NCBI GenBank assembly: GCA_022709385.1
Contig: JAKLIX010000002.1
Location: 44,535 to 108,534 of the forward strand
Direction of reading: 5' to 3'
Source: Bacteroidota bacterium
Lineage (GTDB): Bacteria > Bacteroidota > Bacteroidia > Bacteroidales > CAIXZF01
Length of the DNA stretch: 64,000 nt
The position numbers and the translations under genes are program-made. Under the pieces are notes generated by a model. It was given only the letters and a program-made list of their open reading frames with translations, was not told where the DNA came from and did no database searches. Within the stretch, counting starts at the first letter, position 1. The number at the start of each line of letters is the position of its first letter. Positions 62,591 to 64,000 of this stretch are shown in pieces.

Positions 62591-63796
62591 ATGCTAAAAG
62601 ATGTACTTAAAACAATCATGCTGTCTCAGCAGGAATGGCTTATTCCCGGGCAGCATGAAATCCCGAGGAATATTCTGAAGGATATCGGTGAACTGTCACC
62701 TTTCGGATATATCATCACCGGGGTTCGCAGAGCCGGAAAAAGCACACTGCTTCGCCAAATCATGCAGGAAAGAAATGCGAGAAATTACTTCAATTTTGAG
62801 GACAGCAGGACGGCCGGATTTGAGGTGAGGGATTTCAGGACACTGGAAGATCTCTACCTTGAACTGTTTGGAAGTAACCATGAGTTGTATTTCGATGAGA
62901 TTCAAACTATCAGCGGATGGGAAAAATATGTCAGGGATGCCCTGGACCGCAGGAAAACGATCGTTATCACAGGTTCTAACGCTCAGATGCTTAGCAGAGA
63001 ACTGGGAAATAAACTGACCGGCAGACACCTCGACTTTGAGATATTTCCTTTCTCCTATAATGAATTTATTCAATTCCGGGAATATAATCCCGGACCTGAG
63101 TCCCTGCTTTCCTACCTGAGCCATGGTGGCTTTCCCGCTTTTCTCAGCATGGGCAGAGAAGAACTTTTATCCACCCTGGTCAGGGATATCCTCGAACGCG
63201 ATATCCTCATGAGATATAAACTTAGGAATCATGGCGTGTACCGGCAGATTGTCCAGTACCTCCTGAGTAATACCGGAAAAGAAATTTCATTTAACAAGCT
63301 GAAGAATGTATTTGAGATTGGCTCAGCATCTACGGTGATGGAGTTTATACAATATCTGACAGATGCATATCTGGTGTTCCTTCTGCCGAAATATGACACC
63401 TCACTTAAAGTGCAGGCCAGGAATCCACGTAAAGTTTACGGCATAGATACCGGCCTGGTAAATTTTTCCAGTATCAGCGGCTCTCCCGACAGGGGTCATC
63501 TGCTGGAAAACAGCATTTTTTTGCATCTCCGCCGGCAGGGACATCAAATCTGGTATTTCAGGGGGAAAAAAGAATGTGATTTTATCACCCGCGATCGAGA
63601 CCACAGACACGCTGCCATGCAGGTTTGCTGGCAACTTGGAACGGACAATGAAGAAAGAGAGATCAGCGGACTGAGGGAATCCATGGCCGCACTAAAGCTT
63701 ACAACAGGCAGGATTATCACCTTTGACCAAGAGGACATGATCAAATCCGCAGATACCGTCATTGAAATAGTTCCAGCCTGGAAGATCATGCTTTAA
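62591..63796 (+). CDS. AAA-type ATPase of the AAA_14/DUF4143 family
   Basis: 401 aa. P-loop ITGVRRAGKSTLLRQI; Walker B-like LYFDEIQ. The C-terminal part resembles the DUF4143/PD-(D/E)xK-like region common in this family (ECDFI). Confidence 0.75.
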   Translation: MLKDVLKTIMLSQQEWLIPGQHEIPRNILKDIGELSPFGYIITGVRRAGKSTLLRQIMQERNARNYFNFEDSRTAGFEVRDFRTLEDLYLELFGSNHELYFDEIQTISGWEKYVRDALDRRKTIVITGSNAQMLSRELGNKLTGRHLDFEIFPFSYNEFIQFREYNPGPESLLSYLSHGGFPAFLSMGREELLSTLVRDILERDILMRYKLRNHGVYRQIVQYLLSNTGKEISFNKLKNVFEIGSASTVMEFIQYLTDAYLVFLLPKYDTSLKVQARNPRKVYGIDTGLVNFSSISGSPDRGHLLENSIFLHLRRQGHQIWYFRGKKECDFITRDRDHRHAAMQVCWQLGTDNEEREISGLRESMAALKLTTGRIITFDQEDMIKSADTVIEIVPAWKIML

Positions 63797-63937
63797 GATT
63801 GGTTACGGGGAATCGGCTATGGATTAAACGGGAACTTTAACTTCTGTAGTGACATACTATGGCATGACCTGTAAAGATATTATTGATTTATAGTCGTTTA
63901 TAGAAATGGGACCCTGTCGCTGTTCGGGTAGTATATC

Positions 63938-63985
63938 GGGATGTCATCCTAACGTTGATTTAAATCAACGTTAGGATGACATCCC
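63938..63985. repeat. 48-bp perfect hairpin element, copy 2 (same 22-bp arms as 32589-32636, loop TTAA)
   Basis: GGGATGTCATCCTAACGTTGAT-TTAA-ATCAACGTTAGGATGACATCCC. Confidence 0.85.
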
Positions 63986-64000
63986 GACGCTCGCTGTTCC

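Overview
The window reads as a chromosomal segment from an anaerobic bacterium with a type IX secretion system (T9SS). I infer an FCB-group / Bacteroidota-like origin from Por-type C-terminal sorting domains (CTDs), FISUMP domains and mostly Shine-Dalgarno-less starts. I recognised no rRNA, tRNA, CRISPR array, transposase or integrase. Two themes dominate.

(1) Cell-surface block (1-31.9 kb and 59.9-62.3 kb). It holds LVIVD-type and CRTAC1-type T9SS cargo and two convergent giant proteins of about 3,652 and 2,667 aa. Each giant protein starts with a different metzincin protease domain and is built from long arrays of ~84-aa domains. Six ORFs share one composite ~150-aa module: a CarboxypepD_reg-like beta-sandwich, a dockerin-like segment pair, GDWxFE, and CxGDxNxSY. 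Four cohesin-like modules sit in three of these same proteins.

(2) A ~24-kb hydrogen-metabolism island (35.6-59.9 kb). It contains:
- two adjacent NuoE/NuoF/HydA-type [FeFe]-hydrogenase operons with permuted gene order; one HydA carries TSCSPGW instead of TSCCPxW;
- a His-rich Ni/Co transporter;
- hypFCDEAB;
- an FNR-type regulator with all four cluster-ligand Cys;
- an operon hdrA-like / qmoC-like / hdrA-like / mvhD / mvhG / mvhA / endopeptidase. This operon couples an Mvh-type [NiFe] hydrogenase to a membrane cytochrome-b/Fe-S subunit, and no HdrBC is present in the window.

All three hydrogenase promoter regions carry the same TGTGA-N6-TAACA inverted repeat. Housekeeping genes (pabA/B/C, prmC, ribD, truA) lie in between.

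Several small repeat families occur in intergenic DNA:
- an ATGTGWCACAT palindrome phased at 20 bp;
- a 48-bp perfect hairpin element (2 copies);
- a ~55-nt hairpin element (3 copies);
- 8-nt CTAAAC/GTTTAG arrays.

All functional calls rest on motif recognition by eye. No database search was run.
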